Source: an uncultured Oscillospiraceae bacterium
GTDB lineage: Bacteria; Bacillota; Clostridia; Oscillospirales; QAMX01
DNA: 64,000 nt
Direction: 5' to 3'
NCBI GenBank assembly: GCA_964461815.1
Contig: CAYWVF010000008.1
Span: 11,638 to 75,637 of the forward strand
Positions 8,896 to 19,001 of the stretch are shown piece by piece (the first letter of the stretch is position 1; every line of letters begins with the position of its first letter). The notes beneath the pieces were generated by a model. It did not search any database and was not told the origin of the DNA. It saw nothing but the letters and a program-made list of their open reading frames with translations. Made by a program: the position numbers and the translations under genes.

Positions 8896-10674
8896 TTAGA
8901 CGTCCTTCTTGACGATAGCGATATTGAGCTCGTCGAGCTGCTTCTGAGTGACCTCACTCGGAGCATCCATCATAACGTCCTGTGCGCTCTTGTTCATCGG
9001 GAACGGTATGATCTCACGAATGGACTCCTCACCTGCAAGAAGCATGACCATACGGTCAACGCCGGGAGCGATACCTGCATGAGGCGGAGCACCGTATGTA
9101 AACGCATTGTACATAGCGGGGAACTTAGCCTTAACATCCTCTTCACCGAGACGAACAAGCTCAAATGCCTTTATCATGATCTCGGGATCGTGGTTACGTA
9201 CAGCACCTGAGGAAAGCTCGATACCGTTGCAGACGAGGTCGTACTGGTTAGCCATGATATCGAGAGGATCGATCTCACCACGCTCAGCCTTGAGAAGTGT
9301 TTCAAGACCGCCGTTCGGCATAGAGAACGGATTGTGGCAGAATTCCAGCTCGCCGGACTCGTCGCCGATCTCGTACATCGGGAAGTCAACGATCCAGCAG
9401 AACTCGTAGCGCTCCTTGTCCATATGACCCTCACAGGCTGCACCGAGCTTGTTGCGGAGCACACCGGCTGTCTTTATCGCAGCATCCTTTTTGCCTGCCG
9501 ATACGCCTACGAAGCAGCCGGGCTTGAGTCCGAGCTTTGCGATGAGAGCGTCCTTCTTGTCGGCAAGGAACTTGGCAATACCGCCGGACAGCTCACCGTT
9601 TTCATCGAGCTTGAACCAGTAGGGCTTGTTTCCGGACTGTACCTCGACCTCGGCACACAGCTTATCTACAGCCTTACGTGCGAGCTTGCAGTCGGATACG
9701 CTGATAGCCTTGACTACAGCACCGTTTGCGAACGGCTCAAAGCCGCAGTCTGCTACCTCCGATGTGATATCCTGTACGATAAGGTCGATACGAAGGTCGG
9801 GCTTATCGGAGCCGTAGGTCTCCATAGCATCGTTATAAGCGATACGACGGAACGGAGCGGTGGAAGCTATATTATATGTACCGTATTTAGCGAAAACAGG
9901 AGGAAGTACATCCTCGATGATTGCGAAAACATCATCCTGGCAGGCGAATGCCATTTCCATATCGAGCTGGTAGAATTCACCGGGGCTGCGATCGCCGCGT
10001 GCATCCTCATCACGGAAGCAGGGTGCGATCTGGAAATAACGGTCAAAGCCTGAGGTCATGAGAAGCTGCTTGAACTGCTGGGGAGCCTGCGGAAGTGCAT
10101 AAAACTTACCCGGATGCTTTCTGGCAGGAACAAGATAGTCACGTGCGCCCTCGGGAGATGAAGCTGTAAGGATAGGTGTTGTGATCTCAAGGAAGTCATG
10201 CTCCATCATAGCCTTACGCAGAGCAGCTACAACCTTGCAGCGAAGCACGATCTTATCCTTGACAGCAGGATTACGCAGGTCAAGATAGCGATACTTGAGT
10301 CTCTGTGTTTCATCGGCGTCACGGCTGCGGTTGATCTCGAACGGCAGACTGTTGTGACGGCAGCGACCGAGCACCTCGATACTTTCGGGGACTACCTCGA
10401 TATCGCCTGTAGGCTGCTTCGGGTTCTTGCTTGCACGCTCACGAACGATACCTGTGATTTGAAGTGTGGATTCCTTATTGAGATCCTTGATAATATTCAT
10501 CATTGACTCGTCTTCGATAACGAGCTGAGTTGTGCCGTAGAAGTCACGGAGAACTACAAAGGCGAAGTTCGATCCGACAACACGGACATTTTCCATAAAG
10601 CCTGCAAGTGTGACCTGCTGCCCGACATTTTCTATACGGAGAGCTCCGCAGGTATGGGTACGGGACTGCATCAT
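8896..10674 (-). CDS. aspS: aspartate--tRNA ligase
   Basis: 592 aa with class II motifs: FYALPQAPQQFKQLLM, QIAPCFRDED and GIAPGVDR. Confidence 0.95.
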   Translation of the reverse strand: MMQSRTHTCGALRIENVGQQVTLAGFMENVRVVGSNFAFVVLRDFYGTTQLVIEDESMMNIIKDLNKESTLQITGIVRERASKNPKQPTGDIEVVPESIEVLGRCRHNSLPFEINRSRDADETQRLKYRYLDLRNPAVKDKIVLRCKVVAALRKAMMEHDFLEITTPILTASSPEGARDYLVPARKHPGKFYALPQAPQQFKQLLMTSGFDRYFQIAPCFRDEDARGDRSPGEFYQLDMEMAFACQDDVFAIIEDVLPPVFAKYGTYNIASTAPFRRIAYNDAMETYGSDKPDLRIDLIVQDITSEVADCGFEPFANGAVVKAISVSDCKLARKAVDKLCAEVEVQSGNKPYWFKLDENGELSGGIAKFLADKKDALIAKLGLKPGCFVGVSAGKKDAAIKTAGVLRNKLGAACEGHMDKERYEFCWIVDFPMYEIGDESGELEFCHNPFSMPNGGLETLLKAERGEIDPLDIMANQYDLVCNGIELSSGAVRNHDPEIMIKAFELVRLGEEDVKAKFPAMYNAFTYGAPPHAGIAPGVDRMVMLLAGEESIREIIPFPMNKSAQDVMMDAPSEVTQKQLDELNIAIVKKDV

Positions 10675-10704
10675 AGTGTATTATCTCCTCATAATTGTTT
10701 ATAT

Positions 10705-12054
10705 TTAGTCTTTTTTCGGTTCTACGATGACCGTATCGGCGGTCTGTCTGCCTGAAAGTATGATATTTATGACTTCATCGGCGGAGGCTGTGCTCTGCTC
10801 GCCTGTTGCCAGCTTTTTCAGTGTCACCTGACCTGATTTTGCCTCATCCTCACCCATAAATATTACATACGGTATCTTAAGCTTGTCGGCATAGCCGATC
10901 TTAGCCTTGAATTTCTTCTTTTCGTTGTTGATCTGAGTGCGTACTCCTGCCTGACGCAGCTTTGACGCAAGCTCGATGGACTCACCGAGAGTGTCACCCA
11001 TAGGTATGATGAGAACATCTGCCGGAGCTGCACCGAGAGCATCGTTAAGATAGCCCTGCTCACCGAGTATGTGGAACAGTCTCGTAACGCCGATAGAGAT
11101 ACCGACGCCCGGGAGCACCTTATCTGTGTAATACTCCGCAAGATGATCGTATCTGCCGCCGGAGCATATCGAGCCGATCTCGGGATGATCGAGCATCATC
11201 GTCTCATAGACCGTGCCTGTATAATAGTCAAGACCACGTGCGATAGTGAAGTCGATCTCGAAATGATCCTCGGGGATGCCGTAGCGCTTCATATATTCCG
11301 CTACTGTGCGAAGCTCGGACGCACCCTCGTCGAAGGTCGGATTCGTGCCCTCGTAACGCTCAAGCGTTGCGAGCTTGTCCTCTGCGGAGATGAACGAAAG
11401 TATCTCGTCTGCGCTTTCCGGTGTGAGTCCCTCATCGTCGATGAGTATATCACGCACGTTTTCGGGGCCGATCTTGTCAAGCTTGTCGATAGCACGCATG
11501 ATACCGCCGGAGGATTCCTTAAGGCCGAGTATCTCAAAGAAGCCGTTGAGCAGCTTACGGTTGTTGAATCTGATCTTGAAGCGCTGTAAGCCGAGAGAGG
11601 TGAATGCACGGTAGATGATAGAGGGTATCTCGGCCTCGTTTGATATGTCAAGAGCACCGTCACCGATTATATCGATATCAGCCTGGTAAAACTCACGGAA
11701 GCGTCCTCGCTGAGCACGCTCACCACGGTAGACCTTACCTATCTGATAACGCTTAAACGGGAAGGTGAGCTGAGAATAATTCAATGCAACATATTTTGCA
11801 AGCGGAACAGTCAGGTCAAAGCGGAGAGAGAGATCGCTGTCACCCTTCTGGAATCTGTATATCTGCTTTTCCGTCTCACCGCCGCCCTTTGCGAGAAGTA
11901 TCTCGCTTGACTCGATAACAGGTGTGTCGAGCGGAGTAAAGCCGTAAAGCTCGTATGTTCTTTTGAGTGTGTCGAGAATGACGTCAAACTGTATTTGCCG
12001 ATATGGCAGAAGCTCCATAAAACCGGACAGAGTCCTGGGTTTGATCTTTTCCAT
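10705..12054 (-). CDS. hisS: histidine--tRNA ligase
   Basis: 449 aa with YRGERAQRGRFREFYQ (motif 2) and GGRYD...GVGISIG (motif 3). An anticodon-binding C-terminus follows. Confidence 0.95.
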   Translation of the reverse strand: MEKIKPRTLSGFMELLPYRQIQFDVILDTLKRTYELYGFTPLDTPVIESSEILLAKGGGETEKQIYRFQKGDSDLSLRFDLTVPLAKYVALNYSQLTFPFKRYQIGKVYRGERAQRGRFREFYQADIDIIGDGALDISNEAEIPSIIYRAFTSLGLQRFKIRFNNRKLLNGFFEILGLKESSGGIMRAIDKLDKIGPENVRDILIDDEGLTPESADEILSFISAEDKLATLERYEGTNPTFDEGASELRTVAEYMKRYGIPEDHFEIDFTIARGLDYYTGTVYETMMLDHPEIGSICSGGRYDHLAEYYTDKVLPGVGISIGVTRLFHILGEQGYLNDALGAAPADVLIIPMGDTLGESIELASKLRQAGVRTQINNEKKKFKAKIGYADKLKIPYVIFMGEDEAKSGQVTLKKLATGEQSTASADEVINIILSGRQTADTVIVEPKKD

Positions 12055-12070
12055 GATAGATAGTAAACTC

Positions 12071-12490
12071 CTATTTGTTTTTTCTTAAGGGCTTTGGATT
12101 TGCGATATCACGCCAGGAGAGATATCCGTGATCCAAGCCGAGGATAAGCATTTCGGCTGTGGCGATGTTGGTGGCGATAGGGATATTGTGAATGTCACAA
12201 AGGCGAATAAGTGAATTTACATCAGGCTCACGCTGTGATTCACTGAGCGGATCACGCAAGAAAATAACCATATCTATTTCATTGTACGCCACACGTGCGC
12301 CGATCTGCTGGTCGCCTCCCTGTTCACCGGAAAGGAAGCGGTCGACGGCAAGACCTGTCTGCTCTGCAACAAGTTTACCCGTAGTTCCCGTGGCACATAG
12401 ACTATGCTTTGAAAGTATTCCGCAGTATGCCATGCAAAACTGAACCATTAGTTCCTTCTTCTTGTCATGAGCTATCAAGGCTATGTTCAT
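12071..12490 (-). CDS. mgsA: methylglyoxal synthase
   Basis: 139 aa with [16 protein letters not shown] and [12 protein letters not shown], which are typical MgsA motifs. Confidence 0.9.
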   Translation of the reverse strand: MNIALIAHDKKKELMVQFCMAYCGILSKHSLCATGTTGKLVAEQTGLAVDRFLSGEQGGDQQIGARVAYNEIDMVIFLRDPLSESQREPDVNSLIRLCDIHNIPIATNIATAEMLILGLDHGYLSWRDIANPKPLRKNK

Positions 12491-12537
12491 TTTAAGTCTT
12501 CACTCGCTTTCTTCTGTATTCTGTATAGTTAATTTGT

Positions 12538-13272
12538 TTACAACAATGTAAGATCATCGTACTCGATAAGCCGCTTTGCTATTTCTCTGTAGGCAGCTGC
12601 GGCTTTACTGCCGCGCTTTTTTGTTATCGGAGTACCGAGTGCCATCGATGTGATGACGGCTCTGTCCTCAGGTATGTAGCCCAGCAGCGGAAGTGCGGCA
12701 ATATCCATCGCATCATCGATGTTCGGCATACCGCCCTTGCCCGTGATCCTTTTGCTGACTCTGTTGACAGCCATTCGTATGTCCCCTACTCCGCAGGCAC
12801 TGAGCTTTGATGCTGCGATATCGGCACTGCGAAGACTTATTATATCGGCGGTGGCTACTATGATACCCTTGTCGGCAGCTGCGGCACATCGCTCGAACCC
12901 ACTGTCAAAGCCTGCCGGAGCGTCGATTATTATGATATCCGCTATGTCAGCCTTCCTTGCACGCTCGACTACAGAGCTGAGAGAGTCGGACTTGAGCTCC
13001 TTACGGTCGGTAGGCGCTGTGAGCACACATAAAGACGGGTATTCACTGTGGTGAACGACCGCATCGGTAAGCGATGCTCTGCCGGCATAGACATCGGAAA
13101 AATCGAATATCGCATCCTCGTATACCGACATTGCGGCATCGAGGCTTCTTGTCGCCGTATCACCGTCGATCACGAGTACACGGTAGGAAAACTCCGCAAA
13201 TGCAAACGAAAGCCCGGCTGAAAGGGCACTTTTACCTGTGCCTCCCTTTCCGGAAGCAACTACATATACCAT
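12538..13272 (-). CDS. MinD/ParA-family P-loop ATPase, no minC/minE partner in the window
   Basis: Deviant Walker A SGKGGTGKS. The start is at MVYVV, with GGAGGA 4 nt upstream. Confidence 0.8.
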   Translation of the reverse strand: MVYVVASGKGGTGKSALSAGLSFAFAEFSYRVLVIDGDTATRSLDAAMSVYEDAIFDFSDVYAGRASLTDAVVHHSEYPSLCVLTAPTDRKELKSDSLSSVVERARKADIADIIIIDAPAGFDSGFERCAAAADKGIIVATADIISLRSADIAASKLSACGVGDIRMAVNRVSKRITGKGGMPNIDDAMDIAALPLLGYIPEDRAVITSMALGTPITKKRGSKAAAAYREIAKRLIEYDDLTLL

Positions 13273-13370
13273 AGCTTCCTCCCATAATAAGCAACTCAAG
13301 AATCACACTTAATTATACACCATTTTTTGCATATTTACAAGTAGAGATTAGCATTTTTTTTAATAGATTG

Positions 13371-13399
13371 TTGACGAAGAAAGACGAAGTGTGTATAAT
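13371..13399 (+). promoter_or_regulatory. sigma-A promoter of the GH20 gene
   Basis: TTGACG, 17-nt spacer, TATAAT. Its position excludes the TTG start at 13368 given in the ORF track. Confidence 0.75.
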
Positions 13400-13442
13400 A
13401 TATCATAGAGTTAAAAAGACGGACGGAAAGGGAGAATATACT

Positions 13443-15563
13443 GTGGAATCTGTTAAATTATTTCCTTATCCCAAGAATTTGGAGCTTAAAGACGGAGAGC
13501 TTTGCCTTGACGGAGGAGTTTACACGGCTGATGTGAGCGATGAAGAGGCAGCTGCGTTTATCCGTGCGGTCAAGAGCATGGAGCTTACAAGCGGAGAGGG
13601 CAATATAAGACTTAAGCATGACAGCAGTATACAGTCCTCCGAGGGCTATGAGATAAGCGTAGGCGATACCGTCGAGATCAGATCACGCTCGGTGCTTGGA
13701 TTTTCGTATGCCGCCGCTACACTGTCTCAGCTGATATCCGATAAATACACCGTCAGCAGATTCGAAATAAAGGATGAGCCGTACAAGAAGATACGCGGAG
13801 TCCATATGTATCTGCCGCCGGATTATGCGATAGAGGAATTTTGTCATTTTGTGGATGTGCTCGTACAGCTGAAATACAACACGATCATCCTTGAGATGGG
13901 CGGAGGTATGGAATATGAGCGCCATCCGGAGATAAATACAGCATGGCATAAATTCTGCCGTGAAGCACGTGACTACCCGAGAGGCCCGCAGGGACTTCAG
14001 GCATCACAGTCCGACTGGAAAAACTCAACTCACGTAGAGCTTACAGACGGAGGTATACTTAAGAAGACTCAGGTCAAGTATATCGTAGACTATGCACGCT
14101 CCTGCGGTATGGAGGTCATACCGGAGATACAGGCGTTGAGTCACTGCTACTACCTGACACTTGCACATCGTGATATCGCCGAGCGTCCCTATGAGCCGTG
14201 GCCTGATACATACTGTCCGCTGAATGAGGACAGCTACAGGCTGTACTTTGATGTTGCGTCCGAGATACATGAGCTTCTGAACTTTAAGAGGGTATCTATC
14301 GGTCACGACGAGGTCAGGATAATAGGCTACTGTCCGAGGTGTAAGGAGCATACGGGTCACGAGCTGCTGGCATACGAGATAAACAGGCTCTATGATTTCT
14401 ATAAAGCGTTAGGTGTAGAGGTATGGATGTGGGGTGAAAAGCTCCAGAATTTCGAAACACATAAGGGAAGAGTCGGAGAGGGCTTTGAAAAATATGACCG
14501 CTTCGGCAGACTCTGGAAGCTCAACGAGACATACAAGGCTATAGACAAGATACCGACTGATATAGTAATGCTGGACTGGTACTATTCACATGCACCGTTC
14601 ACCGAGAAGGAGTTCATGGATCGAGGGATAAACGAGATCTACGGCAACTTCCTCGGCTCGTCTATCACAAACTGGCAGGAGAGATCAAAGCGTAAAAATG
14701 TACTTGGTGCAGAGGTCTCTACGTGGTGTCTTGTGAACGAGAATGAGATAGGAAGAAACGGCTGGATGCCCGAGCTTACGTTTTCAAGCGCAGTGCTGTG
14801 GCAGGATGACTACTGCGACGACAGACGTGACGAGTTCTACATGAAGACTGCGGAGAAAATGTCCGAGATACGTGCTGTCATGCGTGGTAAGAGCACGCTG
14901 CCGAAGAAAAATGATGATCCGCTGCTTCCCGTAGCGTCTCCCGTAGGCGGATATACCGTCACTGCGAAGACTTCACCGGAATATGCAAAGCACTTTATGG
15001 AAAGGCTCACAGCAGACGGCAAACTTATGTACGGTACGTCAAGTGACTCGTCCGAAATAATGCTCGGATGCAAAGCAGATGAGCTGACCTTCGTACATGC
15101 CGCAGATTTTACCGGCAGAAAGTGCTATGATTGGGTCAGAACAAACTCTTTCCTTGACAAATCACCGTATATTATGGCTCATTACGTATTTGAGTACGAG
15201 GACGGTATCGTCACGGCAGTACCGATAGAGTTCGGAGTACAGGTCGGAAATATCGCAAGCGACTTTTCGTGGCATTACCCCGAGGGCTACGTCAAGCGCT
15301 TTGACGATGAGGATCAGAGAGAGGCAAACAACGAGGTGAGCTTCAAAGCACCTGCGTGTGAGTATAATGATCGGTGGCTGAATGCTGCAATGTACTTTTC
15401 CGATGCATATCCCGTGGAGCTTGACGGAGTGAGGAAGGCTCTTTATGCGTGGAGCTACAGAAACCCACGACCGGAGACGGCAATAAAGAAAATAAGGCTC
15501 GTGCTCAACAATGAGGACAGTGCTCCGATAAAGCTTTTCGGCTGTTTTGTAGAAAATATTTAG
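13443..15563 (+). CDS. GH20-like beta-N-acetylhexosaminidase, no signal peptide
   Basis: GTG start with AAAGGGAG 8 nt upstream. It has IRGVHMYLP (the RGxHxD-type region) and the catalytic-pair-like SIGHDEV in a TIM-barrel-like core. Confidence 0.7.
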   Translation: MESVKLFPYPKNLELKDGELCLDGGVYTADVSDEEAAAFIRAVKSMELTSGEGNIRLKHDSSIQSSEGYEISVGDTVEIRSRSVLGFSYAAATLSQLISDKYTVSRFEIKDEPYKKIRGVHMYLPPDYAIEEFCHFVDVLVQLKYNTIILEMGGGMEYERHPEINTAWHKFCREARDYPRGPQGLQASQSDWKNSTHVELTDGGILKKTQVKYIVDYARSCGMEVIPEIQALSHCYYLTLAHRDIAERPYEPWPDTYCPLNEDSYRLYFDVASEIHELLNFKRVSIGHDEVRIIGYCPRCKEHTGHELLAYEINRLYDFYKALGVEVWMWGEKLQNFETHKGRVGEGFEKYDRFGRLWKLNETYKAIDKIPTDIVMLDWYYSHAPFTEKEFMDRGINEIYGNFLGSSITNWQERSKRKNVLGAEVSTWCLVNENEIGRNGWMPELTFSSAVLWQDDYCDDRRDEFYMKTAEKMSEIRAVMRGKSTLPKKNDDPLLPVASPVGGYTVTAKTSPEYAKHFMERLTADGKLMYGTSSDSSEIMLGCKADELTFVHAADFTGRKCYDWVRTNSFLDKSPYIMAHYVFEYEDGIVTAVPIEFGVQVGNIASDFSWHYPEGYVKRFDDEDQREANNEVSFKAPACEYNDRWLNAAMYFSDAYPVELDGVRKALYAWSYRNPRPETAIKKIRLVLNNEDSAPIKLFGCFVENI

Positions 15564-15604
15564 TTAAAAATTGAAAAATACAGCCGACTCATTAATATTT
15601 GCTG

Positions 15605-15633
15605 TTGACAAACAGAGGATTATAGTATATTAT
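15605..15633 (+). promoter_or_regulatory. sigma-A promoter upstream of ACP-nahK
   Basis: TTGACA, 17-nt spacer, TATTAT. Confidence 0.65.
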
Positions 15634-15671
15634 CTAAATAAAACCATAAATAAAAAACGGAGGTTCTTTAT

Positions 15672-15899
15672 ATGATATTCGACAAGGTAGTAGAGATTTT
15701 ATGCAATCAGCTGGGAGTGGATGAGGATTCCATAACAATGTATTCCGACGTTATGGAAGATCTCGGAGCCGATTCTCTCGATGTAGTGACACTCATCATG
15801 TCATTTGAGGATGAATACGGCATATCTATTTCCGATGAGGACGCTCAGAATTTCAGAACGGTTGGCGATATCGTATCTTATATTGAGAATAATATATAA
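15672..15899 (+). CDS. acyl carrier protein (stand-alone)
   Basis: 75 aa. LGADSLDVVTLIMSFEDEYG contains the DSL phosphopantetheine attachment motif. GGAGG lies 8 nt upstream. Confidence 0.85.
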   Translation: MIFDKVVEILCNQLGVDEDSITMYSDVMEDLGADSLDVVTLIMSFEDEYGISISDEDAQNFRTVGDIVSYIENNI

Positions 15900-15914
15900 A
15901 GGAGTTTGAATATA

Positions 15915-17021
15915 ATGCGTTGTTCAGAGACAAAGCTCATCGAAGCTATAAACAATATAGCATTCGAGGGCGAATTCGTAAAAGCAGAGCCGTACGGCAG
16001 CGGCCACATCAATGATACATATGCTGTATATTTTAAGGAAGCATCCGGCGAGGATCGCAGATATATTCTCCAGCGCATTAACACATCGATCTTTGATCCC
16101 GAAACACTCATGGAGAATATTGTCGGAGTAACATCTTTCCTTAAGAAGAAGATCATAGAGCGCGGCGGCGACTATACACGTGAGACACTCAACATAGTGC
16201 CGACAAAGGACGGAAAAGCATACTATCGTGACGACGAGGGCAACTGCTTCAGAGGCTACATATTTATCGAGAATGCCACAACGTTCCAGATCGTAGAAAA
16301 TCCGAAGGACTTCTACAACGCTGCACGTGCTTTCGGTAAGTTCCAGAATCTTCTTCGTGAATATCCTGCAAGCACGCTTCATGAGGCTATTCCCAATTTC
16401 CACAATACGGTAAAGAGATTCGAGGCTCTGAAGGAAGCGATAAAGGAAGACAAGCTGGGCAGAGCAAAGGATGTACAGCCCGAGATAGAGTTCGCACTTG
16501 CACGTGAGGCAGACACACATGTACTGCTCGACATGCTGGAAAAGGGCGAGCTGCCGTTAAAGGTAACTCATAATGATACAAAGCTCAACAACGTCATGAT
16601 CGACGATGCTACAGGCGAGGGTATCTGCGTTATCGACCTTGATACAGTAATGCCGGGTCTTGCACTGTATGATTTCGGCGACAGCATCCGTTTTGGTGCA
16701 TCCACAGGTGCAGAGGATGAAAAGGATCTCGATAAGGTCAACATGGACATCAACCTTTATGAGATATATCAGCGCGGCTTCATGGAGACTGCCGGCGACA
16801 GCATGACTCCGAATGAGATAAAGATGATGCCGATGGGCGCAAAGATAATGACATATGAATGCGGTATCCGCTTCCTGACAGACTATCTGAGCGGTGATAC
16901 ATACTTTAAGATTCACCGTCCGGAGCACAACCTTGACAGAACACGCACACAGTTCAAGCTCGTATGGGATATGGAGCGTCAGTGGAAGGAAATGTGCGCT
17001 CTGGGTGAGAGATATCTGTAA
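15915..17021 (+). CDS. nahK: N-acetylhexosamine 1-kinase (NahK/LnpB-like, APH-fold)
   Basis: EPYGSGHINDTY, RYILQRINTSIF, VTHNDTKLNNVM, IDLDTVMPG, FDFGDSIRFGAS and PEHNLDRTRTQFKL closely follow the recalled Bifidobacterium NahK sequence. The ATG at 15915 has GGAG 10 nt upstream. Confidence 0.85.
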   Translation: MRCSETKLIEAINNIAFEGEFVKAEPYGSGHINDTYAVYFKEASGEDRRYILQRINTSIFDPETLMENIVGVTSFLKKKIIERGGDYTRETLNIVPTKDGKAYYRDDEGNCFRGYIFIENATTFQIVENPKDFYNAARAFGKFQNLLREYPASTLHEAIPNFHNTVKRFEALKEAIKEDKLGRAKDVQPEIEFALAREADTHVLLDMLEKGELPLKVTHNDTKLNNVMIDDATGEGICVIDLDTVMPGLALYDFGDSIRFGASTGAEDEKDLDKVNMDINLYEIYQRGFMETAGDSMTPNEIKMMPMGAKIMTYECGIRFLTDYLSGDTYFKIHRPEHNLDRTRTQFKLVWDMERQWKEMCALGERYL

Positions 17022-17068
17022 AAGGGCGAGGATATTGAATATATCTGAATAAAAATATAAAATTTACC

Positions 17069-17096
17069 TTGACAAATACGAAAAATAGTGTATAAT
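17069..17096 (+). promoter_or_regulatory. sigma-A promoter of rpsF-ssb-rpsR
   Basis: TTGACA, 16-nt spacer, TATAAT. This leaves a leader of about 60 nt. Confidence 0.75.
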
Positions 17097-17163
17097 AGAA
17101 AGGTAAATGTCCTTGCTCCCGACATAAAAGGGGGCCATAAGTCCAAAAGGAGGTGCAAAAGAA

Positions 17164-17463
17164 ATGGCAAAAATCAGTGCAAAATACGAGGTTGTTTACA
17201 TTGTTAATTCCACACTCGGCGAAGAGGAGATCAATGCGATCGTAGCAAAGTTCAAGGCTCTTATCGAAGAGAACGGAACGATCGAGAAGCATGATGAGTG
17301 GGGCAAGCGTCGTCTTGCATACGCTATCCAGGACATGAATGAAGGCTACTATGTATACGCTTCCTTCACATCCGCTCCCGCATTCCCCGCTGAGCTTGAC
17401 CGTGTGTTTAAGATCACAGACGGTATCCTTCGCTCCATGATCGTCAATATCGACGAAAAGTAA
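17164..17463 (+). CDS. rpsF: 30S ribosomal protein S6
   Basis: 99 aa with YEVVYIV...WGKRRLAYAI. It sits in the canonical rpsF-ssb-rpsR order. Confidence 0.95.
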   Translation: MAKISAKYEVVYIVNSTLGEEEINAIVAKFKALIEENGTIEKHDEWGKRRLAYAIQDMNEGYYVYASFTSAPAFPAELDRVFKITDGILRSMIVNIDEK

Positions 17464-17491
17464 TTCTGACAGAAAAGAGAGGTGACCGCAC

Positions 17492-18016
17492 ATGCTTAAC
17501 AGAGCGATCATAATGGGAAGACTCACAAGAGACCCCGAGCTTCGTTACACTCCGAATAACGTACCTGTTACGACGGTGACAGTGGCGGTCGACCGCAGCT
17601 TTGCTAGACAGGGCGAAGAAAAGGAGACCGATTTTCTGGATGTAGTTTGCTGGCGTCAGCAGGCTGAGTTTGTCAGCAAATGGTTCAGAAAGGGTTCTAT
17701 GATCGTTGCCGATGGCAGGATCCAGACACGCAAATGGAAGGATAAGTTCGATCAGAACAGAGTAACGGTAGAGATCGTTGCCGATAATGTATATTTCGGT
17801 GAGAGCAAGGGCTCAGGCGAAAGCCGATCTCAGTACGAGCGTGTAGCGCCGCAGGATGATTACGGACAGGCTCCGTCGTATGATTACGGCAGAAGCGCAG
17901 CGCCGAGAGCCGAGACAGCACCGAGAGCTGACGCTCCGAAAAAGGAGTATAATTTCAGTACAGCTCCGATAGCTGACTTCAAAGAGCTCGCAGATGATGA
18001 TGACGTACCCTTCTAA
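17492..18016 (+). CDS. ssb: single-stranded DNA-binding protein
   Basis: [20 protein letters not shown] marks the OB fold. A Gly/Pro/Ala-rich linker follows, and the acidic tip is DDDDVPF. Confidence 0.95.
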   Translation: MLNRAIIMGRLTRDPELRYTPNNVPVTTVTVAVDRSFARQGEEKETDFLDVVCWRQQAEFVSKWFRKGSMIVADGRIQTRKWKDKFDQNRVTVEIVADNVYFGESKGSGESRSQYERVAPQDDYGQAPSYDYGRSAAPRAETAPRADAPKKEYNFSTAPIADFKELADDDDVPF

Positions 18017-18048
18017 AAATTAGAAAATATATAGAAAGGAATATAGCA

Positions 18049-18330
18049 ATGGACAACACGAATGTAAAGAGCGAAAACACAGCTCGTCGTGAAGACAGAA
18101 GTGCTCAGGCAGCAAAGCCCCGCAAGCGCCGTAAGGTTTGCAGCTTCTGCGCTGACAAGATAGCTCATATTGATTATAAAGATGTACCGAAGCTTCGCAG
18201 ATACGTTTCCGAGCGCGGAAAGATCCTTCCGTGCCGCATGACAGGAACATGTGCAGAGCATCAGCGTCAGCTCACAGTAGCTATTAAGCGCGCCAGATAC
18301 ATCGCTCTTCTGCCGTACGTAGCAGAGTAA
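18049..18330 (+). CDS. rpsR: 30S ribosomal protein S18
   Basis: [53 protein letters not shown]. Confidence 0.95.
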   Translation: MDNTNVKSENTARREDRSAQAAKPRKRRKVCSFCADKIAHIDYKDVPKLRRYVSERGKILPCRMTGTCAEHQRQLTVAIKRARYIALLPYVAE

Positions 18331-18345
18331 GCTGTTAAGAAAGAC

Positions 18346-18396
18346 AAAGAAGAAGTAGAACGCAGTAACGGCGGCTATTTCTTCTTTTTGTTTTTC
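18346..18396 (+). terminator. intrinsic terminator after rpsR
   Basis: 13-bp stem aaagaagaagtag / ctatttcttcttt with one G-U pair, followed by ttgtttttcc. Confidence 0.7.
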
Positions 18397-18506
18397 CAAG
18401 ATATCCCTGCTGTTATGCTCGATAGGAAATGGTCAGTCTGCCGTGCAGGGCGGCAGTAAATCACGATGAAAGGAAAACCCTTGTACATCAAGGTGTGGGA
18501 ACAGAT

Positions 18507-18998
18507 ATGACAAGACCCGATAAGATCAATTATTACCTTGACATAGCGGAAACTGTAATGTCACGCAGTACATGTCTTCGCAGAATGTACGGCGCAATAA
18601 TCGTAAAGAACGATACGATCATTTCTACAGGCTATAACGGAGCTCCGAGAGGCAGAAAAAATTGCAGCGACCTCGGCTACTGTCGTCGTGAGAAGCTGGA
18701 GATACCGAGAGGTCACAGGTACGAGCTGTGCAGAAGCGTGCATTCGGAGGCAAATGCGATAATCGCAGCTCCGAGACATGAGATGATCGGCTCGACTCTG
18801 TACATGACAGGCTGTGAAGCATCGACGGGTGAATATATCCCGAATGTCAATTCATGCAGCATGTGCAAGCGCCTGATAATAAATGCCGGTATAGAAAAGG
18901 TAGTGCTCAGACTCACAAAAACTGAGTACCGCATTATCGACGTTCAGACGGAATGGGTAGAGAATGACGACTCGCTCGACGGTGATGGAGGCTATTGA
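18507..18998 (+). CDS. dCMP deaminase (ComEB-like cytidine/deoxycytidylate deaminase)
   Basis: HSEANAI and CSMCKRLI are the zinc ligand motifs. The start is at MTRPDKINYYLDIA. Confidence 0.85.
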   Translation: MTRPDKINYYLDIAETVMSRSTCLRRMYGAIIVKNDTIISTGYNGAPRGRKNCSDLGYCRREKLEIPRGHRYELCRSVHSEANAIIAAPRHEMIGSTLYMTGCEASTGEYIPNVNSCSMCKRLIINAGIEKVVLRLTKTEYRIIDVQTEWVENDDSLDGDGGY

Positions 18999-19001
18999 TA
19001 G

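Noticed and set aside
13368-13442. TTG start at 13368 for the GH20 gene.
   Set aside because: It falls on top of the TTGACG -35 box of a near-consensus promoter, so it would not be transcribed. The GTG at 13443 has AAAGGGAG at ideal spacing.
17097-17163. Possible S6:S18 autoregulatory leader motif upstream of rpsF.
   Set aside because: I see only a short 5-bp hairpin (atgtc...gacat). I cannot match the conserved rpsF-leader structure by eye, and a covariance-model scan would be needed.
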